DNA of 64,000 bases from an uncultured delta proteobacterium (GTDB lineage: Bacteria > Desulfobacterota > RBG-13-43-22): assembly GCA_963843145.1 (NCBI GenBank), contig CAWJJC010000008.1, forward strand, positions 29,311 through 93,310, read 5' to 3'. The position numbers and the translations under genes were made by a program. This document shows, piece after piece, positions 9,493 to 20,822 of this stretch (the stretch's first letter is position 1; each line of letters begins with the position of its first letter). Below the pieces are notes generated by a model that saw only the letters and a program-made list of their open reading frames with translations, searched no databases and was not told where the DNA came from.

Positions 9493-12018
9493 TCAAAACA
9501 TTTCTCCTTCGGTTGATTTCTTTATCCGCTTTTTATCATACATGAGCCGGTCGGCCTGGCTGATCAATTCTTCGATGGATACCGTCCGACCCGGCTGGTG
9601 GCGGACCACCCCTTGGCTCAGCGACAAACGGTAAGGCCTCCGGCGTTTTTGGTTGAAGGCGGTCAAGGTGTTTTGCAGCCGGGAACTCAGAATATCGGCG
9701 TTGGCCAAGGAAGATCCTTCCATCGCCAGAACAACGAATTCATCCCCGCCCATCCGGGCCAGGATATCCGGCTCCCGGAAAGTGTCCTTCATGATCTGGG
9801 CCATATCCTTCAAGGCCTGATCGCCCGTCGAGTGCCCCTGGGTGTCGTTGATCTGTTTCAAGTCGTCCAAATCGGCAAAAAGGAGGAACAGCCCCCGGTG
9901 CATGCGGTCGACCATCTTTAACTGCTGGCGGGCCAGGGTCAGAAAGCCGCGGCGGTTGTACAATCCGGTCAGTTCATCGATCAGGGAAAGGGCCCGCAAT
10001 TCCTCCTGAGCCCTTTTTTGTTCGGTAATGTCCCGCTCCATGACGAATAGATGGGACTGATTTTCAATATAAAACTGGCTTAGAGAAACGTCCACATAGA
10101 AACGCCGTCCGTCCAGGGCCTGATGGACCCACTCGAACCGCTGCGGCCCCAGTTGAATGGATTTACCCACCATTTCGGTCCCCTTTTCTGCCGAGCGCCG
10201 GCCGTCGGGTTGAAACTCGGGAGAAAAGCGAAAAGGGGTGCTGCCCAAAATCTCCTGGCGGCCGCAGCCCAGGAGGCGCTCGGCCCCCGGATTGCAGTCC
10301 ACGAATATCATCCCCTTCATGACCAGGATGCCCTCCTGGGCCGTCTCAAACAAAATCCGATAACGCCGTTCGCTTTCACGGGTGGCCTCTTCCATACGTC
10401 TGCGTTCGGTGATATCCCGGATAATCATCTGCAGGTAGGTTTCTTGGCCGACGAAGACCCGATTCAGGCTAACCTCCGCCGCAAAGGGTGTTCCGTTGAC
10501 CCGGCGGTATTCCCATTCAAAAAACTGGGGCACGCCTTCGAGGGCAGCCTGAATCTTTCCCCGGAGCGCTTCGGTGGAAGGACGGCCGTCAGGCTGCTCC
10601 GCTGGAGAAAGGTCCACGGGCGTCTTCCCGATAATCTGTGCCCGGCCGGCATTGAACATGACCAGGGTCTCCGTATTGCAATCTACCAGCCGCCCTCCTT
10701 CTATCAAACAGATAGCATCGTGGGCCGACTCAAAGAGATTGCGGTATTTGGCCTCGCTCTCCTTCAGGGCTTCTTCGGAACGCTTGCGTTCGGAAATATC
10801 CCGTAAAAAAGCCAGGGAGATTTCCGCACCCTGATAAACGATCCGGCTGGCGGAAACCTCCACTTGAAGGGTCTGTCCATCCCGGCGGATTCCCTGAAAC
10901 TCATAGCTGGCCGGCGCCGGCTCCCCTTGCTGACGCCGGCGGATTATTTCGATCACCCGATCCCGATCCTGGGGATGAACCACTTGAGAAGCCGGTTGAC
11001 CCAATAGTTCCTCCGGACGCGTATACCCGAATATATCCAACATTTTCTGATTGACAAAAATATGGACCCCGTCCTGGACCATGGTAATCCCGTCATTGGA
11101 CAACTCTACCACCTTTCGGTACTTTTCCTCGGATTCCAGCAGCGCCTCTTCGGCCTGTTTTTTTTCCGTTACATCCCGCGTCGTTCCCTTGAATCCGGTC
11201 GTCATTCCTTCCGCAGTTATTATGGGAAAAGTTGAAAACTCGAGAAACCGCTCGGTTCCATCTTGACGAAACGTTCTCACCTCTATGGCTTTGGTCGGCC
11301 GGCCGGTCTCGAAAACCGTATGGAAGATCTGATAAACCCTGTCGGCCGTTTCCGGGCTGGTAAATTGCCGAAAATTCATCCCGCTCAATTCCTGGGGTCC
11401 GTAGCCCAGAATCCTCGCAAAGGCATCATTGCAGAAAACATAATTGCCGTTCAAGTCCACTTCGTAATAGCCGTCTTCGACATTCTCCAGAAGGGTCCGA
11501 TACCGCTCCTCGGATTCCTGCAGGACCTTTTCCGCTTTTTTATTTTCGGTAACATCTCGGAAACTCCAAACCCGGCCAATGACCTCGTTCCCAATACGGT
11601 GCGCTTGGGAATATCGCTCAAAAACCCGCCCGTCCTTAAATTCCAACAGGTCATAACTTTCGGCCTCCGGGTTGTTGTACAGTTCCCGGACTCTTTGAAG
11701 AAAATCCTCCGGATCCTTCAGTTGCCTCAATACATAGTCCAGCGCCGCTTGGTCATCCCGGGAGGATAAAATATCCTCCGGAATTCGCCACAGCTCAGCA
11801 AATCGACGGTTGGATAAAACGGTCCTCCCGCCCTGGTCCACCACCAGGATACCGTCGGCGGTTGATTCCAGGGTGGCATTGAGCAGGGAAATGGTTGTTT
11901 GTCTCTCTACCTCGTTTCGGCGCAGCTCGATCTCCTGGACGGACCTTTGCAGAATTTGTTTTCGTGCTTCGGACAATTCCTCCAGAAGCTGTGCCTTGGT
12001 CTTCCGATCATCCCTCAT
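9493..12018 (-). CDS. Multi-PAS diguanylate cyclase (five PAS domains plus GGDEF)
   Basis: Repeated PAS/PAC blocks ending RDIT/RDVT; [12 protein letters not shown]; intact GGDEF with RxxD I-site (REPD). Confidence 0.93.
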   Translation of the reverse strand: MRDDRKTKAQLLEELSEARKQILQRSVQEIELRRNEVERQTTISLLNATLESTADGILVVDQGGRTVLSNRRFAELWRIPEDILSSRDDQAALDYVLRQLKDPEDFLQRVRELYNNPEAESYDLLEFKDGRVFERYSQAHRIGNEVIGRVWSFRDVTENKKAEKVLQESEERYRTLLENVEDGYYEVDLNGNYVFCNDAFARILGYGPQELSGMNFRQFTSPETADRVYQIFHTVFETGRPTKAIEVRTFRQDGTERFLEFSTFPIITAEGMTTGFKGTTRDVTEKKQAEEALLESEEKYRKVVELSNDGITMVQDGVHIFVNQKMLDIFGYTRPEELLGQPASQVVHPQDRDRVIEIIRRRQQGEPAPASYEFQGIRRDGQTLQVEVSASRIVYQGAEISLAFLRDISERKRSEEALKESEAKYRNLFESAHDAICLIEGGRLVDCNTETLVMFNAGRAQIIGKTPVDLSPAEQPDGRPSTEALRGKIQAALEGVPQFFEWEYRRVNGTPFAAEVSLNRVFVGQETYLQMIIRDITERRRMEEATRESERRYRILFETAQEGILVMKGMIFVDCNPGAERLLGCGRQEILGSTPFRFSPEFQPDGRRSAEKGTEMVGKSIQLGPQRFEWVHQALDGRRFYVDVSLSQFYIENQSHLFVMERDITEQKRAQEELRALSLIDELTGLYNRRGFLTLARQQLKMVDRMHRGLFLLFADLDDLKQINDTQGHSTGDQALKDMAQIMKDTFREPDILARMGGDEFVVLAMEGSSLANADILSSRLQNTLTAFNQKRRRPYRLSLSQGVVRHQPGRTVSIEELISQADRLMYDKKRIKKSTEGEMF

Positions 12019-12170
12019 AGCCGCGATCTCCTTCCAGGCCCTTTCCACATCCTGTCCTCCAACGGTTCTCTTGGACCGACAATAGCATAACCTTCGGATA
12101 AGGCAAGTCTTTTGCGGACCGATGGCCTTTTGTCCGATCAGGGGGGGGAATCTTCCCTTCCATTTTTTTG

Positions 12171-12215
12171 TTGACATCCTTCTTTCCGAACCTTATATAC
12201 CTACCGGTAAGTATA
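12171..12215 (+). promoter_or_regulatory. Sigma70-type promoter overlapped by a palindromic TetR operator
   Basis: TTGACA (12171)-17 nt-TATATA (12194); TATAC-c-TACCGGTA-a-GTATA palindrome at 12196-12215. Confidence 0.7.
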
Positions 12216-12253
12216 CCTAGACCCTAGCCAAAAATATTTGAACGGAATCCTCC

Positions 12254-12880
12254 TTGTTGCTTTCCACTCCCCCGACACCTCTCGACCGTCAAGTCCGGGA
12301 ACGGCTGCTGACCAGCGCCGCCCGGATTTTCGCGCGCAAAGGGTATGCCGCGACCACCGTCCGGGAAATCGTAACCGAGGCCGGGGTGACCAAACCAGTC
12401 CTTTATTATTATTTTCGGAATAAAGAGGGTCTCTATACCGAGATCCTGCATACCGCCTCGGTCCGCTACGGCCTGCTCTTGGATGGGGCCCGGCAAAAAA
12501 AAGGGGGGGCCGTCAAACGGTTGTTGGACTTGGCGGACCAAATTTTAGCCCTGTTCATGGAGCAGATCGAGGTCGCCCGACTGGCTTACTCGCTTTACTA
12601 CGGTCCCCCTCAAGGGGCCCCTGCTTTTGATTTTGACGCCTATCATCTGAAATTTCACGGCCTGGTTACGGAACTGGTCCAATTCGGCTTCAAGAACCGG
12701 GAATTCGGGCGGGGCCGAGTGGAGGACATCACCTGGATGATATTGGGGGCCGTCAATGTAGCCCTGGAAACACAGTTGTCCCACCCGGATCTGGATTTCG
12801 GCCGTGAGGGGTTGGGCCGGATATTGAAGCTTTTTTTTGACGGCCTCAAGAATGATGAAGGCCCAAAAGGCTCCCACTAA
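12254..12880 (+). CDS. TetR/AcrR family transcriptional regulator
   Basis: N-terminal HTH FARKGYAATTVREIVTEAGVTKPVLYYYF. Confidence 0.93.
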   Translation: MLLSTPPTPLDRQVRERLLTSAARIFARKGYAATTVREIVTEAGVTKPVLYYYFRNKEGLYTEILHTASVRYGLLLDGARQKKGGAVKRLLDLADQILALFMEQIEVARLAYSLYYGPPQGAPAFDFDAYHLKFHGLVTELVQFGFKNREFGRGRVEDITWMILGAVNVALETQLSHPDLDFGREGLGRILKLFFDGLKNDEGPKGSH

Positions 12881-12899
12881 AATGAAAGGATTTCAAGGA

Positions 12900-14063
12900 A
12901 TGAAAAAGATCTGGATCGCCGGCATTTTTGGACTGCTGGTCGGCAGTCTCCTGGGCTGCTCCCCGTCCAAATCGACCCAACCTTCGCAAGGGAAAGCGGC
13001 AGTCAAACCCCCGGTAGCCGTCGATGTGGCCAAAGCCCAAACCCGAGATTTGGACGAGGGGGTCGACGTGGTAGGATCGCTGACCCCCAAGAACGAGAGC
13101 CGGGTGAAATCAGAGTATGCCGGGATCGTGACCGAGGTCTATGTTACCGAATGGGTCAGGGTCAAACGGGGCCAGCCTCTGGCCAGACTGGATACCCGGG
13201 AAGCCGACGCCGTGTTGCAGAAGGCCCAGGCCGCCGTGGAAGCCGCCCGGGCCAATGTCCTGCAGGCTGAAGTGGGCGGGAACCGGGCCGATCGGGAGGC
13301 GGAACGCGCGCGGAATTTGAAAGAATCCGGGCTGATCACCCAGCAGAATTTGGACGATGCCCGGACCGAAAAAGCCGCCGCTCAGGCCCGAGTAGCGGCC
13401 GCCAAAGCCCAGCTCCTGGCCGCCGAAAAGGAACTAAACCAGATCCGGACCCGCCTGGCCAAGGCCGTCCTACACGCTCCCCTGGACGGGGTGGTCGCCC
13501 AGCGGGATATCAACGTGGGCGACCTGGTCGGGGAGGCGGGTTCCACCCGGATCTTGTTTCGTATCGTGGACAACCGGCTCCTGGATTTGACCGTTACCGT
13601 CCCCTCGAGCGAGATGGCTAAAATCCGAGTCGGCCAGCCTTTGACCTTCACCACCGACGCCCTGCCCGGCCAACACTTTACCGGCCGGGTGAAATTCATC
13701 AACCCGGCGGTCAATGAAATGGACCGGTCGATCAAGGTTATCGCCGAAATCCGGAACGAACCGGAGGTCCTCAAATCCGGACTATTTATAAAGGGACGAA
13801 TTGTGACCGGCCGCCGGAGCAATGTCCTGGAAATTCCCCGGTCGGCCCTTTTGGATTGGGACGTAAAGGCCCGTCAAGGCGATATCTGGGTGGTGGTGCA
13901 GGGACAAGCCCAACGACGGAGGGTGCAAACCGGTGGTCTCGATCGGGACTGGGTGGAGGTCGATTCAGGCCTCGCGGCCGGAGATCAAGTCATCACCCGG
14001 GGCGGGTTTAATGTGCAGAATGGCGATCGGGTAATAACAAACGAGACGGCGGCGGGGAAGTAA
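12900..14063 (+). CDS. RND efflux periplasmic adaptor (membrane fusion lipoprotein)
   Basis: Lipobox LLGC; coiled coil; APLDGVV; directly upstream of the RND permease. Confidence 0.92.
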   Translation: MKKIWIAGIFGLLVGSLLGCSPSKSTQPSQGKAAVKPPVAVDVAKAQTRDLDEGVDVVGSLTPKNESRVKSEYAGIVTEVYVTEWVRVKRGQPLARLDTREADAVLQKAQAAVEAARANVLQAEVGGNRADREAERARNLKESGLITQQNLDDARTEKAAAQARVAAAKAQLLAAEKELNQIRTRLAKAVLHAPLDGVVAQRDINVGDLVGEAGSTRILFRIVDNRLLDLTVTVPSSEMAKIRVGQPLTFTTDALPGQHFTGRVKFINPAVNEMDRSIKVIAEIRNEPEVLKSGLFIKGRIVTGRRSNVLEIPRSALLDWDVKARQGDIWVVVQGQAQRRRVQTGGLDRDWVEVDSGLAAGDQVITRGGFNVQNGDRVITNETAAGK

Positions 14064-14067
14064 AGGC

Positions 14068-17000
14068 ATGTTCCTATCCAATCTATCCATCAAACGGCCC
14101 ATCTTCGCCGCGGTGATGATGCTGGCCCTGGTCACCCTGGGGATATTTTCTTACCGCCGCCTGCCCATCGACATGTATCCGGATGTGGAAATTCCGGTTT
14201 TGTCCATTGTCACCAAATTCCCCGGGGCCTCGCCGGAAACCGTGGAGCGGGAGGTGACCAAACGGATCGAGGAAGCGGTCAATCCCATCCCCGGGGTCAA
14301 GCATGTCATCTCCGTCTCCCGGGAAAGCGTCTCCCAGGTGGTGGTGGAATTCAACCTGGAGGTCCGGATCAACGAGGCCTCCCAGGAGGCCCGGGCCAAG
14401 GTCAACACCATCCGCGGCGATCTCCCCCAGGCGATTGAAGAACCCATCATCCAGAAGTTGGACGTATCGGCCATCCCCGCCGTCTCGCTGGCCGTCCGTT
14501 CGGAAAAAATGCCTCCCCGGGAACTGACCACCCTGGTGGAAAAAAAGGTCAAGCGCCGCTTCGAGAACCTCAGCGGGGTGGGCAAGGTGGATCTGGTCGG
14601 GGAAGCCAAACGGGAGGTCAATGTCCTGATCGATCCGATCCGCCTGGAAGCCCTGAAGATGGGCGTGGATGAGGTCGTGGCCGGACTGCAGGCTGAAAAC
14701 GTCAACACTCCCCTGGGGCGACTGAACCGCCAGGCCTCCGAATTCACCCTGCGCATCGCCGGCAAACCGGAGGAGGTCGAGGGCTTTAAAACCATGGTCA
14801 TCGGCCAACGCCAGGGAAGGCCGGTCACCCTGGGGGAGGTGGCCGAGATCCGGGATGGTATCGAGGAGCAGCGCTCCCTGGCCCTGGTCAACGGCATCCC
14901 GGCGGTGTCGATGAACATCCTCAAGCAGTCCGGGGCCAATACGGTGGCCGTGGTGGAGCGGGTCAAAAAAGAAATTACCCGCTTCCAAAAGGAGTTGCCG
15001 CCGGGGACCCGGATCGAGGTGGTCCGCGACGCTTCCACCTTTATCCGGGATTCGGTCAATGATGTGCAAGAGACCATCGTCATCGGGGCCATCCTGACCG
15101 TCCTGATCGTCTTTTGTTTCCTGAATTCCTGGCGGTCCACGGTCATTACCGGATTGACCCTGCCCATCTCGGTTATCTCCTCCTTCATCGTCATGAATTT
15201 CATGGGCATGACCCTGAATGTCATGACCCTCATGGCCCTCTCCCTGGCTATCGGTCTATTGATCGATGATGCCATCGTCGTTCGGGAAAACATCGTCCGT
15301 CATCTCGAAAAGGGGGAAGACCACTTCAGCGCCGCCCGGGAAGGAACCAGCGAGATCGGCCTGGCCGTGCTGGCCACCACGCTCTCCGTCGTAGCCGTCT
15401 TCGTTCCGGTGGCCTACATGAAAGGCATTGTGGGCCGGTTCTTTTTCCAGTTCGGGATCACGGTAGCCTTCGCCGTCCTGGTTTCCCTCTTCGTCTCTTT
15501 CACCCTGGACCCGATGCTTTCCTCGCGCTGGTACGATCCGGATATCGAACGCCAGGGGAAAAGAAACGTGATCGCCCGGGGTCTCGACGTTTTCAATCAC
15601 TGGTTCGACCGCACCGCCGATCGCTACCGGTTAATGATTGCTTGGACCCTGGACCATCGCCAAACGGCCATCCTCATCACTACCTTGGCCTTTTTCGGTG
15701 GTCTGGCCATCTTTGTCACCCTGCCGAATGAATTTTTTCCCAAATTCGACGCCGGGGAATTCCAGATTAATATGAAAACCGCGCCGGACGCTTCCCTCGA
15801 AGAAACCCGGGGCCGGCTGGCGGCGGTCCTGACCGCCTTCAAGAAAATTCCGGAGATCAAACATACTTACGCCACCATCGGCGCCGGAGACACCGGTACG
15901 GTCCGGGACGTGGGCCTCTACGTCAAACTGAAGGAAAAAAAGGAGCGTCGCCGCACCCAGGAAGAGGTCCAGGAGGCGGTGCGCAAGGCCCTCAAGGACA
16001 TCCCCGGCATCCTGCCTTCCATCCTCGAGGCCGGCCGGATGGATGCCCGCAAGCCCCTGCTGGTGAGCATCCGCGGAGACGATCTCGGCCTCCTCAAAAA
16101 ATACGCCGCCGAGTTGAAGCGCAAGATGTACGCCCTTCCCGGGATCGTGGACCTGGAAGTCACCCTGGAGCAGGACATTCCTGAATACCGACTGATCGTG
16201 GACCGGGAGCGGGCGGTAGACGTGGGGGTCAATACCGGACAGATCGTTCGCACCTTGGGGGCCCTGGTTGGGGGTCAGGCGGTGACCACCTACGAAGACG
16301 AAGACGGCGACGCCGTCAATGTCCGGGTCCGCCTGCCGCTGGCCTTACGGGAAGACGTTTCCCAGATCGAACAACTCGAATTGTCGGTCCAAAAACCGGG
16401 AGTGGGTCCGCTGCTGGTACCCCTGGGGAACCTGGTTCGTTATGAACGGCGGACCACGCCTTCGGAAATCGACCGGCAGGACCTTTCCCGGGAAGTGGTC
16501 ATTTCGGCCAACCTGGACAAATTGGCCTTAGGGACCGCCGTCCAACGGGTGAAGCAGGCCGCGACCGACATCAAAATGGCCCCGGGCTACCGCATCATCT
16601 TCGCCGGTGAAAGCGAACAGATGGAAGAATCCTTCGGTTACATGGCCGAAGCCCTGGTCTTGGCCATCGTTTTCGTCTACCTCATCCTGGCCGCCCAGTT
16701 CGAATCCTTTATCGACCCTCTGGCGATCATGCTCTCCCTGCCTCTTTCCCTGGTGGGCATGGCCGGTATGCTCCTGCTTACCCGGGACACGGTAAACATG
16801 ATGTCCTTGATCGGCCTGATCCTCTTGATGGGGCTGGTTACCAAAAACGCTATCCTTTTGGTGGATTATACCAAGGTGCTGCGATCCCGGGGCCTGGAAC
16901 GCCGGGAAGCCATTATCACCGCCGGGCGGACCCGACTGCGCCCGATCATGATGACCACCCTGGCCATGATTTTCGGCATGCTGCCTCTGGCCCTGGCCCT

Positions 17001-17169
17001 GGGGGCCGGATCGGAGATGCGGGCCCCCATGGCCCGGGCTGTTATCGGCGGGCTCATTACTTCCACCTTCCTAACCCTCCTGGTGGTCCCGGTGGTCTAT
17101 TCCCTTCTGGATGATTTCAGTCAGTGGTTCCGGCAGCGGCGGGAAAGAAAAAGGGAGATGACGGGATGA
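14068..17169 (+). CDS. RND efflux permease, AcrB/AcrD/AcrF family
   Basis: 1033 aa; GLLIDDAIVVREN, KNAILLVD and RLRPIMMTT motifs. Confidence 0.96.
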   Translation: MFLSNLSIKRPIFAAVMMLALVTLGIFSYRRLPIDMYPDVEIPVLSIVTKFPGASPETVEREVTKRIEEAVNPIPGVKHVISVSRESVSQVVVEFNLEVRINEASQEARAKVNTIRGDLPQAIEEPIIQKLDVSAIPAVSLAVRSEKMPPRELTTLVEKKVKRRFENLSGVGKVDLVGEAKREVNVLIDPIRLEALKMGVDEVVAGLQAENVNTPLGRLNRQASEFTLRIAGKPEEVEGFKTMVIGQRQGRPVTLGEVAEIRDGIEEQRSLALVNGIPAVSMNILKQSGANTVAVVERVKKEITRFQKELPPGTRIEVVRDASTFIRDSVNDVQETIVIGAILTVLIVFCFLNSWRSTVITGLTLPISVISSFIVMNFMGMTLNVMTLMALSLAIGLLIDDAIVVRENIVRHLEKGEDHFSAAREGTSEIGLAVLATTLSVVAVFVPVAYMKGIVGRFFFQFGITVAFAVLVSLFVSFTLDPMLSSRWYDPDIERQGKRNVIARGLDVFNHWFDRTADRYRLMIAWTLDHRQTAILITTLAFFGGLAIFVTLPNEFFPKFDAGEFQINMKTAPDASLEETRGRLAAVLTAFKKIPEIKHTYATIGAGDTGTVRDVGLYVKLKEKKERRRTQEEVQEAVRKALKDIPGILPSILEAGRMDARKPLLVSIRGDDLGLLKKYAAELKRKMYALPGIVDLEVTLEQDIPEYRLIVDRERAVDVGVNTGQIVRTLGALVGGQAVTTYEDEDGDAVNVRVRLPLALREDVSQIEQLELSVQKPGVGPLLVPLGNLVRYERRTTPSEIDRQDLSREVVISANLDKLALGTAVQRVKQAATDIKMAPGYRIIFAGESEQMEESFGYMAEALVLAIVFVYLILAAQFESFIDPLAIMLSLPLSLVGMAGMLLLTRDTVNMMSLIGLILLMGLVTKNAILLVDYTKVLRSRGLERREAIITAGRTRLRPIMMTTLAMIFGMLPLALALGAGSEMRAPMARAVIGGLITSTFLTLLVVPVVYSLLDDFSQWFRQRRERKREMTG

Positions 17170-18488
17170 AACCGAAAAAACTACGAAGCTTAATTATTTT
17201 TCTGCTCCTGGCCAGCGTCCTGGGAACCACGGCATCCGTGGCCTCAGACGGGGAAAGGGTCAAGGTTGTAACCCTGGAGCAGGCGCTTAAAATCACCCTG
17301 GAACAAAACAGGGACATCCAGAAGGCCCGGGAATACCGAAACCAGGTGGAAGGGAAATACCTGGAGGAACGGGCCGCCGCCCTCCCTCAGTTCCAGATCA
17401 AGGCCGGCATTTCCCGCGACCGGGATGAAAGCCAACTGGCCTATGGCCGCATTTTTCCGGTGGAACGGGAAACCCGCAATGCCGGCATCGGTTTTTCTCA
17501 ACTGCTTTATTCCTTCGGGCAGGTGGAAGCGGCCATCCGGGCGGCCAAGATCGGCATCGCCACGGCCGACGATCAGCTCCGCCTCTACCAGCAGGCCGCC
17601 TTAAAAGATACTTCCGCGGCCTTTCACGATTGTCTGCTTTCCGATGAACTGGCGGCCATCGCTCAACAGAACCTGGACCAGAAGCGGCGTTTTTTGGATG
17701 AAGTCCGGAAAAAGCACCACCTGGGAGTGGCCACCGATTACGACGTCCTGGCCGGCAAGGTCAATATGGAAAATGCCGGCCCTCCGGTGATTCGGGCCGA
17801 AAATCAGCGGGTAATTTCCCGGGAACGGCTCCGTCTTCTTTTGGGCTTGGAGGAAAAAGCGGTGGAGGTTCAAGGAACGCTGAAAGCCTCCATTGCTCCC
17901 TATCCGGATTTCGAGGCGGCAGTAAAAACGGCCCTGGACCACCGGCCGGAACTGGTTAACCTGAAACATCGCCTCGGGATCGCCGAGGAGCTGGTCACCA
18001 TTACAAAGGCCGGGGTTTATCCCAAAATCGATCTCCGGGCCGGATATGGCTGGCAAGGCCTGGATATTTCCACTGCCCAGGCGGACGGGCCCACCTGGAC
18101 GGCGGGCCTCTTCCTCACCTTCCCCTTTTTCGACGGACTTCGCACTCAGGGAAAAGTAATCCAGGCCAAAAGCGATGCGGCCACTCTAAAAATTGAGGAG
18201 GCCCAATTGCTGGATACCATCGTCTTGCAGACCCGGGAGGCGATTCAGGCGGTTCGGGAGGCGGGAGAGATTGTCAAAGCCTCGAGCGGTACGGTGGAAC
18301 AGGCTGAAAGACTCCTCCTGATGGCCGAAAAAGGGTACGAATACGGGGTCAAAACCCGCCTGGAAGTGGATGATGTCCAATTGAGCCTGGTGCAGGCCAA
18401 AGGCAACTTAGCCCGGGCCAAGCGGGATTACCTGGTGGCCCAGAGTACCCTCCAATGGGTCATGGGCACGCTCAGCATCCCGCAATAA
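17166..18488 (+). CDS. TolC family outer membrane efflux protein
   Basis: Signal peptide; two OEP repeats; ATGA overlap with the RND gene. Confidence 0.9.
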   Translation: MKPKKLRSLIIFLLLASVLGTTASVASDGERVKVVTLEQALKITLEQNRDIQKAREYRNQVEGKYLEERAAALPQFQIKAGISRDRDESQLAYGRIFPVERETRNAGIGFSQLLYSFGQVEAAIRAAKIGIATADDQLRLYQQAALKDTSAAFHDCLLSDELAAIAQQNLDQKRRFLDEVRKKHHLGVATDYDVLAGKVNMENAGPPVIRAENQRVISRERLRLLLGLEEKAVEVQGTLKASIAPYPDFEAAVKTALDHRPELVNLKHRLGIAEELVTITKAGVYPKIDLRAGYGWQGLDISTAQADGPTWTAGLFLTFPFFDGLRTQGKVIQAKSDAATLKIEEAQLLDTIVLQTREAIQAVREAGEIVKASSGTVEQAERLLLMAEKGYEYGVKTRLEVDDVQLSLVQAKGNLARAKRDYLVAQSTLQWVMGTLSIPQ

Positions 18489-18501
18489 AGGGATAGAAGA
18501 A

Positions 18502-19692
18502 ATGCCGAATCCCGCATCCTCGGATTGGCGCGCTTCCCTCCTTTCCCTTCTCTTCCTGGCCGCCATCTTTCTAATCAATTTCCTTTCCCGGATTATCTTC
18601 GGTCCTTTACTGGTGGTGATGGAACAGGACTTGGGTCTTGGCCACCAGGAGGCCGGAGGCCTGTTTTTGATCGTCACAACCGGGTACAGTCTAGCCCTCC
18701 TGGGCTCCGGATATCTGGCCCACCGTCTGTCGCACCGCCGGGTCATCGTCCTCTCCGCTCTGGGCATGGGGGGGGTGCTGTTTATCCTTTCCCTGCCTCA
18801 GCCCCTGTGGGCCATCCGGGCCGGCCTATTTCTGCTGGGGTTGACGGCCGGCATCTATCTACCCTCCGGGATGGCCACCTTGACTTCGATCGTGAAACCC
18901 TTGCACTGGGGAAAGGCCGTGGCGGTCCATGAGCTGGCCCCGAACCTGGGTTTCGTTCTGGCTCCCTTTTTGGCTGAAGCCTTTCTGCGCTGGTCTTCCT
19001 GGCGGGGACTGCTGCTGGCCTTAAGCGGCTGCTCGCTGTTACTGGGATTGGCCTATGCCCGTTACGGCCGGGGAGGAACGTTTAAGGGGGAAGTGCCTAC
19101 CTTCCAGGTCGTCTCCGTTTTGCTTCGAGATCCTTCTTTCTGGATCATGATGGTCATGTTCGGACTGGGGATTGGGACCAGTTTCGGAGTCTACACCATG
19201 CTGCCCCTGTACCTGATCAGCGAACGCGGTTTGGACCGCACCTGGGCCAACACCCTGATTGCCCTGTCGCGGGTCGCCGGGTTACTTATCGCCTTCGGCG
19301 CCGGATGGTTTGTGGATCGTGGGGGCGTAAGAAAATCATTGGCTATTTTTTTCGGGGCCACCGGGGTATTGACTATCCTGTTGGGAGCACTGACCGGGCC
19401 CTGGCTGACGATCGTCGTCTTCTTGCAGCCCCTGGTGGCCGTCTGTTTTTTTCCGGCCGGTTTCACGGCCATCGGTCGCATCGGCCCGCCGAAACTCCGC
19501 AATGTGGCGGTGGGCTTTACCGTTCCCCTGGGTTTCATGTTCGGCGGCGGGCTCATCCCCACCGGCATCGGCTGGGCCGGGGAACAAGGCTCTTTTTCCG
19601 CCGGGATCATCGGGGTGGGAGTGGTCACTCTTCTTTGCCTGCCTTTGATCCGGCTGCTGAAATTGACCGCCGTGGCCGATCAAACATATTGA
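18502..19692 (+). CDS. MFS transporter
   Basis: About 12 hydrophobic segments; GYLAHRLSHRR and GWFVDRGGVRK motif-A loops. Confidence 0.9.
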   Translation: MPNPASSDWRASLLSLLFLAAIFLINFLSRIIFGPLLVVMEQDLGLGHQEAGGLFLIVTTGYSLALLGSGYLAHRLSHRRVIVLSALGMGGVLFILSLPQPLWAIRAGLFLLGLTAGIYLPSGMATLTSIVKPLHWGKAVAVHELAPNLGFVLAPFLAEAFLRWSSWRGLLLALSGCSLLLGLAYARYGRGGTFKGEVPTFQVVSVLLRDPSFWIMMVMFGLGIGTSFGVYTMLPLYLISERGLDRTWANTLIALSRVAGLLIAFGAGWFVDRGGVRKSLAIFFGATGVLTILLGALTGPWLTIVVFLQPLVAVCFFPAGFTAIGRIGPPKLRNVAVGFTVPLGFMFGGGLIPTGIGWAGEQGSFSAGIIGVGVVTLLCLPLIRLLKLTAVADQTY

Positions 19693-19980
19693 GCCGGGGG
19701 TTGGGTCTTGATCCGAATCAAGCGCTTCGACGCCTGGGTGACCATTGACGACAGACAACTGCCGGCGGCGCTTTTTCTGAAATGCTCAGTCCGTTGATCT
19801 CAGAGAATTTTCCAGCCCACCCCAAAATTATCGTCCCCTACCCACTGCACATTTCAACGAAAAGCCAAGTAATCCTATCGTGGTTGAGTGAATCAAACCG
19901 ACCTTTAAAAAGGATGATATGGCAACGGGAAACCTAGAAAAACCTTGCAATGCGGTGACAAATATGTCAACATACAACCA

Positions 19981-20325
19981 ATGAAAACCACGCGGCCTAT
20001 CTCCTGGAACGACGATTTTGAACTCATTCGAGGCAGCGGCAATGTCTTTCGGGACTTTGGCCACCGAAACGCCATTGTTGAACGAGCGCGCGCCATTCTT
20101 GCCGCCGAAATCATCCGCACGCTTGACGTGCGCGGGCTATCGACCCGCGAAGCTGAAAAATTAACAGGCGTGTCCCATTCCGAATTTTCTCGCATTCGTA
20201 ACGCGCGGCTTGAACGCTTCACGCTTGACCGGATGATTATGATTCTTGGAAAACTCGACGAGGATGTTGAAGTGAATGTTACCTTTCGGAACCGTCATGC
20301 TTTGCAAGACGGATTACACGCCTGA
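19981..20325 (+). CDS. XRE-family HTH protein (HigA2-type antitoxin-like); no intact toxin gene upstream
   Basis: GSGNVFRDFG, GLSTREAEKLTG and FTLDRM motifs. Confidence 0.85.
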   Translation: MKTTRPISWNDDFELIRGSGNVFRDFGHRNAIVERARAILAAEIIRTLDVRGLSTREAEKLTGVSHSEFSRIRNARLERFTLDRMIMILGKLDEDVEVNVTFRNRHALQDGLHA

Positions 20326-20538
20326 AAGGTCTGGCTTGCCATCCGTAATTATGGCCAACTTGCCGGTCTTCCGCTGCCCGCCCACCCTCATATGTTGCGC
20401 CACGCTTGCGGCTTTGCCCTGGCCGACCAAGGGGCAGACACGCGGGTGATTCAGGACTATCTTGGACACAGGAACATTCAGCATACTGTAGTTTACACGG
20501 CGGCCAATCCCACGCGATTTGAAAGGCTTTGGCGCTAG
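20326..20538 (+). pseudogene. C-terminal fragment of a FimB/FimE-like tyrosine recombinase
   Basis: Manual translation: HPHMLRHACGFALADQGADTRVIQDYLGHRNIQHTVVYTAANPTRFERLWR*. Confidence 0.88.
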
Positions 20539-20539
20539 T

Positions 20540-20822
20540 TCCGCTGATATCGTCACCGAGTTTTTGTTGCCGTCGTTCAAGGAGGAAGACAATGGCTAAT
20601 CCTATCTGTCCAAAGACAGGGGCACCGATGCACCGCGACGTGCGTCCGATGACGCTCGCCTATAAGGGCGAGAACCTTACTTTCGATATGCCCGGCTGGT
20701 ATTGCGACCATTCGAAGGAAAGCATTCATACCGGTGAAGATATGAAGGTATCCGACCGGATGTTGAACTGGCTTAAAGCCCACAGCGAAGGGCTGGCGAG
20801 AGAGGCAATAATTTCTTCCTGA
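20540..20822 (+). pseudogene. mqsA: MqsR toxin C-terminal remnant (ADIVTEFLLPSFKEED) plus MqsA-type antitoxin (ATG 20592) truncated before its HTH
   Basis: CPKTG..RDVRPMTLAYKG...MPGWYC zinc-finger region; overlapping upstream tail with an SFKE motif. Confidence 0.75.

Noticed and set aside
19743-19880. AFQKK-like RelE toxin remnant upstream of the XRE gene
   Set aside because: Too short, and on the opposite strand from the antitoxin
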